A stretch of DNA of 18,720 bases from Candidatus Bipolaricaulia bacterium (GCA_042219045.1 JBDGQO010000038.1:1-18720); one strand, 5' to 3'; positions 1 through 7,543 are shown, numbered from the stretch's first letter. The notes: a model not told the origin generated them from the letters alone. Numbers and translations are program-made.

Positions 1-56
1 CCAACCCGAGCGCCCGCGAGCGGGCCATGCACCACGGCAAGGACTACGCCGAGTAA
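1..56 (+). CDS. 3' end of an upstream gene (partial), product unknown
   Basis: Frame from base 3 reads NPSARERAMHHGKDYAE then TAA (54-56), with G/C at every sense-codon third position. Too short to assign a family. Confidence 0.55.
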   Translation, partial: NPSARERAMHHGKDYAE

Positions 57-71
57 GCGAGGCGTTAGCCC

Positions 72-165
72 TACAGACCACCGCACAAGTCGAGTCAACC
101 GATGGTCGCAACGTTGACCCCACTGACAGCAACTGACTTGAACGGACTTTCGCGGTGACCAGTAA
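72..165 (+). repeat. Left arm of 94-bp imperfect inverted repeat flanking the HIT gene
   Basis: TACAGACCACCGCACAAGTCGAGTCAACCGATGGTCG...GGACTTTCGCGGTGACCAGTAA aligns without gaps to the reverse complement of 665-758, with 10 mismatches in 94 (manual count). Confidence 0.95.
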
Positions 166-223
166 GTCGACCCGACCTGAGCGGCTCAATGTCCGCGTCT
201 TGAGCCTTTCCGATCGGGTCGAC
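166..223. other. Two-part stem-loop upstream of the HIT gene
   Basis: GTCGACCCGA (166-175) is complementary to TCGGGTCGAC (214-223), and GGCTCAA (183-189) to TTGAGCC (200-206). Confidence 0.7.
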
Positions 224-300
224 GCCTGCTGCTAGGCGGGTGCTCTAAGGGCGACCAACGAAACATCATCGGTTGCTTGGCCGTAACGGAGGTTGGATCC

Positions 301-630
301 ATGGCGGACTACGACTGGTATTGTGATGACGTCCTCACCGGCAGAATCAACGTCGAAAGCGTTTGGGAAAACGAGCACGTTTGGGCCTTTCACCATCCGA
401 ATCCGTTAGCGGAAATTCACGTTGTCATCATTCCCAAAGCCCACGTCTCGTCCATCCTGGATCCACAGGCCGCCGATGGCACGTTGTTAAGTTCGATGGT
501 TCGGGCCGTCCAGAGTGTGGCCCAGACACTCGAGCTGGACCAGGTGGGGTTCTACGTGCGAACGAACGTTGCAGCTCCAGGCGTCACGCCGCACATGCAT
601 TGGCACGTTTTCGGGCCAGGCGTCGATTGA
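301..630 (+). CDS. HIT (histidine triad) family nucleotide hydrolase
   Basis: Histidine triad HMHWHV near the C-terminus, plus AFHHPNP..HVVIIPKAH. GGAGG at 288-292 favours ATG 301 over TTG 277. 109 aa. Confidence 0.92.
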   Translation: MADYDWYCDDVLTGRINVESVWENEHVWAFHHPNPLAEIHVVIIPKAHVSSILDPQAADGTLLSSMVRAVQSVAQTLELDQVGFYVRTNVAAPGVTPHMHWHVFGPGVD

Positions 631-664
631 AAGCGATCTTCCGAATTTACGCAGTGCGACACGT

Positions 665-758
665 TTACTGATCATCGCGAAAGTCCGATCAAGTCAGTTG
701 CTGTCGGCGGGGCCAACATGTCGACCATCGGTTGACTCGACTTGTGCGGTGGCCTGTA
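665..758 (-). repeat. Right arm of 94-bp imperfect inverted repeat flanking the HIT gene
   Basis: TTACTGATCATCGCGAAAGTCC...CGACCATCGGTTGACTCGACTTGTGCGGTGGCCTGTA is the reverse complement of 72-165 at about 89% identity, including a perfect run of about 31 bp. Confidence 0.95.
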
Positions 759-877
759 AGAGACACCTATCCTGGCCGGAACGTCCAATCATTTCGGTAG
801 GCGTTGACGCCCTGTCGGCCTTCGTCGGCGCGCTTACAGAGTCGTTGCGATCCCCCCATTAAGCTGGTTTCCACGCC

Positions 878-2725
878 ATGTTGACCGCGAAGCGTCTCGA
901 CGTCGCCGCCGCCGGTATCACGGGCTTGATCGCGAGCGTCGTCTTTGCCGCGGCGATCGCCGCGCAGAGCGCTGACGTTCGGTTTTTGGGGCTGCTGGGC
1001 GTCCCGCTTGAGGGCCCCGGCAGAATCGTTCATCTCGGTCTCGGATTGCTCGTTGGCCTGGGGTTTGCGCTGCTCGTGCGCTACACGCCGGGCGGCCACG
1101 CCGCCGCCGTCAGCACCGGAATCCTCTACGGCCTGATCGCCTGGATTGTCGGGCCACTGACCCTGGGCACGCTCTGGCAGGGCGAGCTGCCCCAGTGGTC
1201 CATTGAGACAGCCACGGCCGCGTTTCCCAGCATGGTGGGGCATCTCATATACGGTGCCCTGACCGGTTTCGGATTTACGCTGCTGGCCGCGCTCCATCGC
1301 CGCATATGGCCCAATCAGGCCGACCAAGAGGCGCCCAGGACGCCACGAAGCCGGGTCGTGATCCTCGGGGGCGGCTTCGGCGGCGTGGGCGCCGCCCAGC
1401 AGTTGAGTCAGCACTTCAACCGCGACCCCTCCGTCGAGGTCACGCTCGTGAGCGCGAGCAACCATCTCCTCTTCACGCCCATGTTGGCAGAAGTCGCCTC
1501 CAGCAGCCTGGACGCCCAGCACATCAGCGTGCCGATCCGGGCAGCGGCCCCTCGGGCGGTGATTCGCCACGCCGAGGCCGAGGCGATCGACACCGACGCC
1601 CAGACGGTCCAAATTCGGCCCGTGGGCGACGCGTCAGCGGAGACGCTCGAGTACGATCAGCTGGTGCTCGCCCTGGGCGCCGTGCCCAAGTACTTCGAAA
1701 TGAGCGACGTCGAGCGTCACGCGTTCACGCTCAAGACGCTCGCCGACGCCGTCGAGTTGCGCCGGCACGTTATTTCAACGCTGGAGCGGGCGGACACGAC
1801 AACCGATCCGGCCGAACGCGATCGGCTGTTGCGCTTCGTCGTCGCCGGCGGCGGCTTTGCGGGGGCGGAGACGATCGCCGAGCTGTTCGACTTGGCCCAC
1901 AGCGTCCTGCGCTATTACCCGCGCATCGATCCCGACGAGCTCCACTTTGTCCTCGTCCACGCGGGCGATCGCATCCTCCCGGAGCTCGGCGAGGAACTGG
2001 CCGACTACGCGCTCCGCACGCTGCGCGAGCGCGGCGTCGACGTCCGTTTGAAGCATCGGGCATCGGGCGCGGATGCCGCGCGCGTAGAGCTGAACGACGG
2101 CACGGAATTTCCCACGCGCACGCTCGTCTGGACCGCTGGCAACCGCCCGAACCCGCTGCTGCGCCACGTGGAGGGCGAGCACAACGACGCCGGCGCCGTC
2201 GTCTGCGACGACACGCTGCGCGTTGCCGGCACGTCGAACGTCTGGGGCGTGGGCGACTGTGCCCAGATTCCCGACCCCGGACACCCTGGCGAGGTCTGCC
2301 CGCCGACGGCGCAGCACGCCTCGCGCCAGGCCCTCACGGTCGCCGATAACGTCGCGGCCGCATTGCGCGGGCGCGACGACCGAGTTGAGCCGTATGCCTA
2401 CAAGAGCAAGGGCATGATCGTCGTCCTGGGCCATCGCACCGCCGTGGCCGAAGTGGGCAACCTGCGGTTTTCCGGCCTGTTGGCCTGGCTGTTCTGGCGC
2501 GCGGTCTATCTGTCGAAACTGCCGGGCCTGGAGAAGAAGGTGCGCGTCTTTGTCGACTGGTCGCTGGATCTGTTCTTTCCCCGCGACATCGTACTCACCG
2601 AGACCCGAGCCTCGACCCAACCCGAGCCGTCCCGGACCCGTCCGGCCGCGAAGGCCCCTCGGGTCGATCCGACCGAGGCGTCGGCCGCGGCCGAGAACGT
2701 GGACATATCGGAGGAGACGCCATGA
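878..2725 (+). CDS. ndh: Type II NAD(P)H:quinone oxidoreductase (NDH-2 family) with an extra N-terminal 4-TM membrane domain
   Basis: Two dinucleotide-binding motifs (ILGGGFGG, VVAGGGFAGAE), LFTPML, WTAG, GDCA, PPTAQHASRQ and C-terminal GLLAWLFWRAVYL..LPG. The first ~140 aa are hydrophobic and not part of canonical NDH-2. Confidence 0.9.
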   Translation: MLTAKRLDVAAAGITGLIASVVFAAAIAAQSADVRFLGLLGVPLEGPGRIVHLGLGLLVGLGFALLVRYTPGGHAAAVSTGILYGLIAWIVGPLTLGTLWQGELPQWSIETATAAFPSMVGHLIYGALTGFGFTLLAALHRRIWPNQADQEAPRTPRSRVVILGGGFGGVGAAQQLSQHFNRDPSVEVTLVSASNHLLFTPMLAEVASSSLDAQHISVPIRAAAPRAVIRHAEAEAIDTDAQTVQIRPVGDASAETLEYDQLVLALGAVPKYFEMSDVERHAFTLKTLADAVELRRHVISTLERADTTTDPAERDRLLRFVVAGGGFAGAETIAELFDLAHSVLRYYPRIDPDELHFVLVHAGDRILPELGEELADYALRTLRERGVDVRLKHRASGADAARVELNDGTEFPTRTLVWTAGNRPNPLLRHVEGEHNDAGAVVCDDTLRVAGTSNVWGVGDCAQIPDPGHPGEVCPPTAQHASRQALTVADNVAAALRGRDDRVEPYAYKSKGMIVVLGHRTAVAEVGNLRFSGLLAWLFWRAVYLSKLPGLEKKVRVFVDWSLDLFFPRDIVLTETRASTQPEPSRTRPAAKAPRVDPTEASAAAENVDISEETP

Positions 2726-4197
2726 AGGCGCTGGGCGCGATCGGGACGTCCATGGCCCGCGGCGCGGCGGCGGGCCTGGCCGGCGGAATCGCCTTCGGCA
2801 CGGTGATGGTTGAGCTCGACATGCTGACGGCCGTGGCCTCGCTCGTTCGGGCCGAGTCGATCGTTCTGGGCTTTCTCGTCCACTTGGTCATTTCGGCGCT
2901 GGTCGGCGCGGGCTTCGGATTGACCGTTTGCTATCAGCGGCCAAACATGGGCGAGACCCTCTATTGGGGCCTGATCTACGGAACCCTCTGGTGGTTCCTT
3001 GGCCCGTTGACGCTCATGCCGCTGTGGCTCACGGGCGAACTGGCATGGTCGATCGACGGTGCTCAAGGCGCCCTGCCGAGCCTCTGGGGGCACCTGGGCT
3101 ACGGCATCGTCACGGCCTTGACGTTTGTGGCGATCAGCCGCGACGTCGAGCCATCTCGAACCGTCGACGTCCGAGGCGCGCTCGGGCGAGGCGGCTTGGC
3201 GGGCCTGATTGCCGTCTGGATCACAGGATCGGCTCTGGCCGCGCAGGACGAGCTCGGGGCGCTCACCACAGGCCTCTTGGAGGCGGCGCTGGGATCGGGT
3301 TGGCCGCTGGCGTTGCTCGTCGGACTGGGGACGGGGATGGCCTTCGCGCTGCTCCATGCCGGGCCCCGCGAGGGCAGCGGCGTTGGCGCCGTCCGGGGAG
3401 CGCTGTTCGGCTTCGTGCTCTGGGGCCTGCTCGGCATGACGTTGTTCCCCATGCTCCAAGGCGAAGGGCTCGCGTGGAGCCTTGCCGATGCGCAGTCGGC
3501 ATTCCCGGCATTGATCGGCTATTTGATCTTCGGGGCACTGCTCGGGTTGTTCCACCACTGGCTCACGAGCTTGACCCGCTTCCTGTTCGCCAACGACGTC
3601 GGCGACCCGCATGAGGAGGGCCTGGGCACCTCGAAGCTGCGGGCCGTCGGACGGGGCGCGTGGGCCGGAATCCTGGGCGGCCTGGCCTTCACGATCGTCA
3701 TGGCCCAGACGGGTCTTTTGTCCACGGTAGCCGGCTTGGTGGGCTCCTCGTCGGCGCTGGCGGGGTTCGGTGTCCACCTTCTGATCGCGATCCTCATCGG
3801 CGCCAGCTACGGGCTGCTCTTCCGCGGCCGCAGTTACGACCGCGGTTCGGCACTCGGTTGGGGCGTCGCCTACGCCTTCGTCTGGTGGGTGCTGGGCGCG
3901 CTGACGCTGATGCCGATCTTTCTCGGGAGTCACCCCGACTGGAGCGCGGAACGGGCCGCGCAACTGGCCCCCAGCCTCATCGGGCACTTGGCTTACGGCG
4001 CGGCGCTCGGGCTGACGTTCTACGCCCGCGAGGCGCGTTACAGCCCGTGGTGGATGCCGCGCTCCGAGGTCGAGGCTCGACGCGTGGCCTTCCGCAAACA
4101 GCAGGTCTTGACCTCCGCACCCGCGCTCTGGACGCTGCTGGCGATCCTGGCACTCGTGCTGCCGATTCTGTTGAGCCCCGCGGCCGGCTCCCCATAG
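2722..4197 (+). CDS. Polytopic membrane protein with three tandem ~145-aa 4-TM repeats (DUF1440/DUF6789-like, tentative)
   Basis: ATGA overlap with the upstream gene and GGAGG upstream. Three internal repeats of HL.....G..(F/Y)...G..YG...W..G.LTL.P.....W.......P.L.GHL.YG and a final TM helix. Confidence 0.85.
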   Translation: MKALGAIGTSMARGAAAGLAGGIAFGTVMVELDMLTAVASLVRAESIVLGFLVHLVISALVGAGFGLTVCYQRPNMGETLYWGLIYGTLWWFLGPLTLMPLWLTGELAWSIDGAQGALPSLWGHLGYGIVTALTFVAISRDVEPSRTVDVRGALGRGGLAGLIAVWITGSALAAQDELGALTTGLLEAALGSGWPLALLVGLGTGMAFALLHAGPREGSGVGAVRGALFGFVLWGLLGMTLFPMLQGEGLAWSLADAQSAFPALIGYLIFGALLGLFHHWLTSLTRFLFANDVGDPHEEGLGTSKLRAVGRGAWAGILGGLAFTIVMAQTGLLSTVAGLVGSSSALAGFGVHLLIAILIGASYGLLFRGRSYDRGSALGWGVAYAFVWWVLGALTLMPIFLGSHPDWSAERAAQLAPSLIGHLAYGAALGLTFYAREARYSPWWMPRSEVEARRVAFRKQQVLTSAPALWTLLAILALVLPILLSPAAGSP

Positions 4198-4205
4198 ATA
4201 CTGGG

Positions 4206-5210
4206 CTAGGGCACGAGCACTGCGCGGAAGCGGACAGCGTTGTTCATCATCCGCTCGTACGCCGTCGCGGCGTCCGCTAGCGCGTAGCGCTCCACCAGGG
4301 GCCGGACGCCGTGCAGCGCGGCGAACTCGAGCGTCTCTTCGGAGTCCTTGGCGTGGCCGCTGGGCCAGCCCTGGATCCGACGCCGCTTCGCGATCAGCTG
4401 GAGCGGCGCAACCTCCAACGGCTGGTCGCTGACGCCGACCGTGAGCAACACCCCGTTGACACTCAATCCGTCCACGAGCGGCGTCATCGAAGGCCCCTCC
4501 GGCGCCGTGGCGAGCACGACCCGAGCGCCGCCGAGGGCTTGCAGGGCCTCCACGGGATCGTCCTGGGTCGTGTCGACGTAGCGGTGTGCGCCCAACTCGG
4601 TGGCGAGCTCCCGTTTGGCCTCGCCGCGCGAGAGCGCGACGGTGTGGGTCCCCATGGCGCGGGCGAACTGGATACCGAGATGGCCCAGGCCACCCACGCC
4701 CTGAACGGCAACGAGCTCGCCCGGCTGCGCGCCGCTGTTGCGCAACGCGTTGAACGTCGTCACGCCGGCGCACATCAACGGCGCGGCGTCAGCGGGATCG
4801 AGGTCATCCGGCACCGCCGCCAACGCGTGGTCCGGAGCCAGGACCTGCTCGGCGTAGCCGCCGTCGTAGGTCAGTCCCGTGATCTCGGCCGCTTTGCAGT
4901 TGACGAAGTCGCCCTGGCGGCACGACGCGCAGTCGAAACAGTGCCCGCCATGCCAGCCGATGCCGACACGCTGTCCCGGTTCCCAGTGGGCCACGTCCGC
5001 TCCGACCGCGTCGATGCGACCGATGACCTCGTGGCCCGGCACGCGCGGATAGTCGATGCCGGGGAACAGCCCGTCCTTGACGAACACGTCGCTGTGGCAG
5101 ATACCGCAGGCCTCGACCGACACTCGGACTTGATGGCCTTCCGGTTCGGGTCGGGCCAAGTCCGTCGTCTGAAAATCGCCACCGGCTTCGGAAACTTGCA
5201 CGGCTTTCAC
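4206..5210 (-). CDS. Zinc-dependent alcohol dehydrogenase (MDR superfamily)
   Basis: GICHSD, PGHE, structural-Zn cluster CFDCASC..NC, MCAGVT and Rossmann GVGGLG. AGGAGG precedes GTG at 5210 (VKAVQV), giving 334 aa. Confidence 0.95.
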   Translation of the reverse strand: MKAVQVSEAGGDFQTTDLARPEPEGHQVRVSVEACGICHSDVFVKDGLFPGIDYPRVPGHEVIGRIDAVGADVAHWEPGQRVGIGWHGGHCFDCASCRQGDFVNCKAAEITGLTYDGGYAEQVLAPDHALAAVPDDLDPADAAPLMCAGVTTFNALRNSGAQPGELVAVQGVGGLGHLGIQFARAMGTHTVALSRGEAKRELATELGAHRYVDTTQDDPVEALQALGGARVVLATAPEGPSMTPLVDGLSVNGVLLTVGVSDQPLEVAPLQLIAKRRRIQGWPSGHAKDSEETLEFAALHGVRPLVERYALADAATAYERMMNNAVRFRAVLVP

Positions 5211-5308
5211 GATGAAGGGCCTCCTTCTCGATCCATGGAACTCGGTGCGTCCTTGAGTTCGGACGCCGCGGGAACGTTCAACAACGCCCAAGCTTTCAGG
5301 GCTTTGGC

Positions 5309-6166
5309 CTAGCTCGAGGATGCGTCCGATTCGGCCTCACGCACGGGATAGCCGGCTGCACGGAGTTTTTCATAAAGTTCCCCCGCAAGGTCCGACAGGG
5401 TCCGCTCGACCGCGACCTGCTCGCCGCCCATCGCCAGCGTTACCCAGATGATCTGACCATCGGCGAAGCTGCGCGGGCGCGATTTGACATAGACCTGGGG
5501 CCATGATGCCTGGATGTCCTTCAGCAACGGCGCCAACCCGGATTCGTCGTTGACGTCGACGATGAGATGCCGCTCGGCGTAGAAGCTGCCGGCGAAGATG
5601 TCGTCGAGATGCGGCGTCAGGCTGTCCGTCCAGATGCCCTTCAGCTCGGCGGGCACGCCCGGCAATGCCACGATCGTGCTCCGTTCGTGCTCAAGGAGCG
5701 CTCCCGGCGCGGTCCCGACGGGGTTGAAAAGCGGCGTGGCGCCCTCGGGGAGCTCGGCCATTTTCCGACGGCTCTCCGTGAGGTCCTTGCGCTCGACCCG
5801 TTGGCGTTCCGCCAGTTCGCGATAGCGCCGTCGGATCATCTCAATCGCTTCGGGGCGCTCGGCCACGTCGAGATTGAGCGCCCCGCCGAGCGCCCGCATC
5901 GTCATGTCGTCCTCGGTCGGCCCCAAGCCGCCCGTAAGAACGACGAGATCGCGCTGGGTCTCCAGCGCCTGAGTTAAGCTCGCCTCGATGGCGGCAAAGT
6001 CGTCAGGGATGAGCGTGGCCCGTCGCACGGCGCCGCCGAGGCGAGTGATCTCGGTGCAGAGCCAATGGGTGTTGGTGTCCTGGACGATGCCCAACAGCAG
6101 CTCGTTGCCAATGGCTAGGACCTCGGCACTGACGGCGTCGTCGCCGTGGGCTTGGGCAGCTCTCAT
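5309..6166 (-). CDS. cinA: CinA-like competence/damage-inducible protein, molybdopterin-binding-like N-terminal domain without the C-terminal PncC domain
   Basis: IGNELLLG...DTN, TGGLGPTEDDMT, NPVGTAPG, LPGVPAEL, ES.LAP and VYVKS.P. At 285 aa it is too short to include an NMN deamidase domain. Confidence 0.88.
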   Translation of the reverse strand: MRAAQAHGDDAVSAEVLAIGNELLLGIVQDTNTHWLCTEITRLGGAVRRATLIPDDFAAIEASLTQALETQRDLVVLTGGLGPTEDDMTMRALGGALNLDVAERPEAIEMIRRRYRELAERQRVERKDLTESRRKMAELPEGATPLFNPVGTAPGALLEHERSTIVALPGVPAELKGIWTDSLTPHLDDIFAGSFYAERHLIVDVNDESGLAPLLKDIQASWPQVYVKSRPRSFADGQIIWVTLAMGGEQVAVERTLSDLAGELYEKLRAAGYPVREAESDASSS

Positions 6167-6174
6167 GGAAGCCT

Positions 6175-6204
6175 AGTGTAGCGCCTGCGACGTCCGTGCC
6201 TCAA
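6175..6204 (-). promoter_or_regulatory. Putative sigma70-type promoter giving a (near-)leaderless cinA-like transcript
   Basis: Minus strand: TTGAGG-18 bp-TACACT, then 8 nt to ATG 6166. No Shine-Dalgarno present. Confidence 0.55.
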
Positions 6205-6236
6205 TTGAGATCCAGAGTTCGGGGAGCAATGGGAAC

Positions 6237-6260
6237 GGGGCAGGCCGGTTGGCCTGCCCC
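6237..6260 (-). terminator. GC-rich hairpin, probable terminator after the 6298-7332 gene
   Basis: Perfect 10-bp stem GGGGCAGGCC/GGCCTGCCCC with a 4-nt loop, about 40 bp past the stop. The U-tract is weak. Confidence 0.55.
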
Positions 6261-6297
6261 CTGGGAGATCAACCGCGATGAAGCGTGACGGTTGGGC

Positions 6298-7332
6298 TCA
6301 GTGCCACTCCCGCGTGAACGTCGTGACCGTCGTGCTCTCCAGTGGCGCGAGCGTCCCGTCGAACTTCGTCACGTCACCGTCGACGAACAGCCGGAGGCTC
6401 CACGACGTCGGACCCTCGGAGCCTTCGCACGTGGCGTAATACTTCACGATGACTTTGTATTCGCCGAGCGGTGCGCCGCCCTCCGGCCAGAAAATGTTCT
6501 CCGGCCCGCCGTGCGAGATCGGCGCGCAGCGGTCGTCCTGGTCGAGGCGACCGCCCGACTGGGCGCGCGGATGGAGCCAGCTGACCGTCTCGCCGTTGGG
6601 GTCGATGACCTTGAGGTCGAAGTCGGCCGTCGAGCCCCAGATGAGCGTCGCCTGCACGTCGCCGGTGCCGAGCAGCTCAGGGGGCATCACAAAGGTCGTG
6701 TCGGGCACGTCGGCGTTCGGATTCGTCAGCCGCGGCAGCGAGTTCTCCGCGCTCGGATCCACGCCAACCTTGCGCAGCAGCTCCGCCGCTTGGCCGTCGA
6801 CATCGACGTTGCTCGCCAGGTTCCAGATGGCCTGTTGGGCCGCCTGGCTGGTCCACAAGCCGTAGGCGTCAATCACCCTCAATAAGTGCGACATCCGTTG
6901 GCCAAGCGGCATGGGCCACTCGGCCACATTCGGCCCGACGTCGTAGACGTCGCCGCGTTTGGGCGCCTCCCGGTTCGGACGGAGCGAGGCAACATAGACG
7001 CCGCGCAGCTTGGCCTCGTGTTGGCCGGGGACGAAGGCGTGCAAACTTCGGGTGACGACGAGGTTCGGGGCGTGTGGATCCTTGCTCACCAAGAGATCGC
7101 CCCGGCGGACGTTGATGACGTGATCGCCCGCGTGGCTGCCGTCCGTCCGGAACGTCACCTGATCGCCCAGCGTGCCGCCCTTGCTTGTCAGCTGGACGAC
7201 CTCCAATTTGGCTGCCTGTTGCAGCGTCACCTCGTTGCTCTGGCCGCCCCGCTCGCCGTCGGTCAAGCCGGGCACGACCAGCGCAGCGAGCACGACGGCC
7301 GCCAGCGTGACGATTTTGAATGTGCGAATCAT
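6298..7332 (-). CDS. Secreted protein with C-terminal YfaP/DUF2135-like domain
   Basis: AAGGAGG before ATG 7332 and a signal-peptide-like N-terminus (MIRTFKIVTLAAVVLAALVV). The C-terminal pattern L.W...ADFDL.V.DP.GE...GG.LD.D...GPENI.W....P.G.Y.V.V.YY is typical of YfaP/DUF2135. Confidence 0.8.
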   Translation of the reverse strand: MIRTFKIVTLAAVVLAALVVPGLTDGERGGQSNEVTLQQAAKLEVVQLTSKGGTLGDQVTFRTDGSHAGDHVINVRRGDLLVSKDPHAPNLVVTRSLHAFVPGQHEAKLRGVYVASLRPNREAPKRGDVYDVGPNVAEWPMPLGQRMSHLLRVIDAYGLWTSQAAQQAIWNLASNVDVDGQAAELLRKVGVDPSAENSLPRLTNPNADVPDTTFVMPPELLGTGDVQATLIWGSTADFDLKVIDPNGETVSWLHPRAQSGGRLDQDDRCAPISHGGPENIFWPEGGAPLGEYKVIVKYYATCEGSEGPTSWSLRLFVDGDVTKFDGTLAPLESTTVTTFTREWH

Positions 7333-7543
7333 GACATCCTCCTTGTGATTGTGCGGATCCATCTTCCACGACCGGCGCCCCCGACCCGACTGGGATGCCT
7401 CGGCGTCAACCGGCCGTCGCTCGCATCATGGCCCAACAAGCCGGAATGAATCAAGAGAAAAACGTCTTCACGATCACACCCGCCGGCGTTTCACCCGATT
7501 TCCACGACGCATGTGCCGAGCGACGCACTTCTATGGACAGCGT

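Larger units (their letters stand above)
72..758. mobile_element. Putative non-autonomous cassette or invertible segment carrying one HIT gene
   Basis: Long terminal inverted repeats enclose a single gene of lower GC (about 57% by manual count, vs about 66-70% in neighbours). No transposase and no target-site duplication seen, so mobility is inference only. Confidence 0.4.

Noticed and set aside
1..70. attC-like ends (CCAAC ... GGCGTTAGCC)
   Set aside because: No convincing L-box pairing, the region reads as a coding 3' end, no second direct copy follows the HIT gene and no integrase is present.
72..758. CRISPR array or retron a1/a2 repeats
   Set aside because: Only two copies, inverted and 94 bp long, with no cas or reverse transcriptase gene in the window.
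60..775. Target-site duplication around the IR element
   Set aside because: The flanks (GTTAGCCC and AGAGACAC) share no direct repeat.
665..840. Hammerhead or HDV-like ribozyme
   Set aside because: CTGATCA...GAAA lacks the CUGANGA core and stem II, and GCC-TTCGTC-GGC does not match the HDV L3 consensus.
2506..4773. 755-aa minus-strand ORF
   Set aside because: Arg/Ala/Gly-rich shadow frame, antisense to the membrane protein and out of frame with the ADH. No motifs.
5211..5291. Longer N-terminal extensions from the ORF track (ADH; also 277, 7362, 8459, 10406, 14286, 18236)
   Set aside because: Downstream starts have well-spaced Shine-Dalgarno sequences and match family N-termini.
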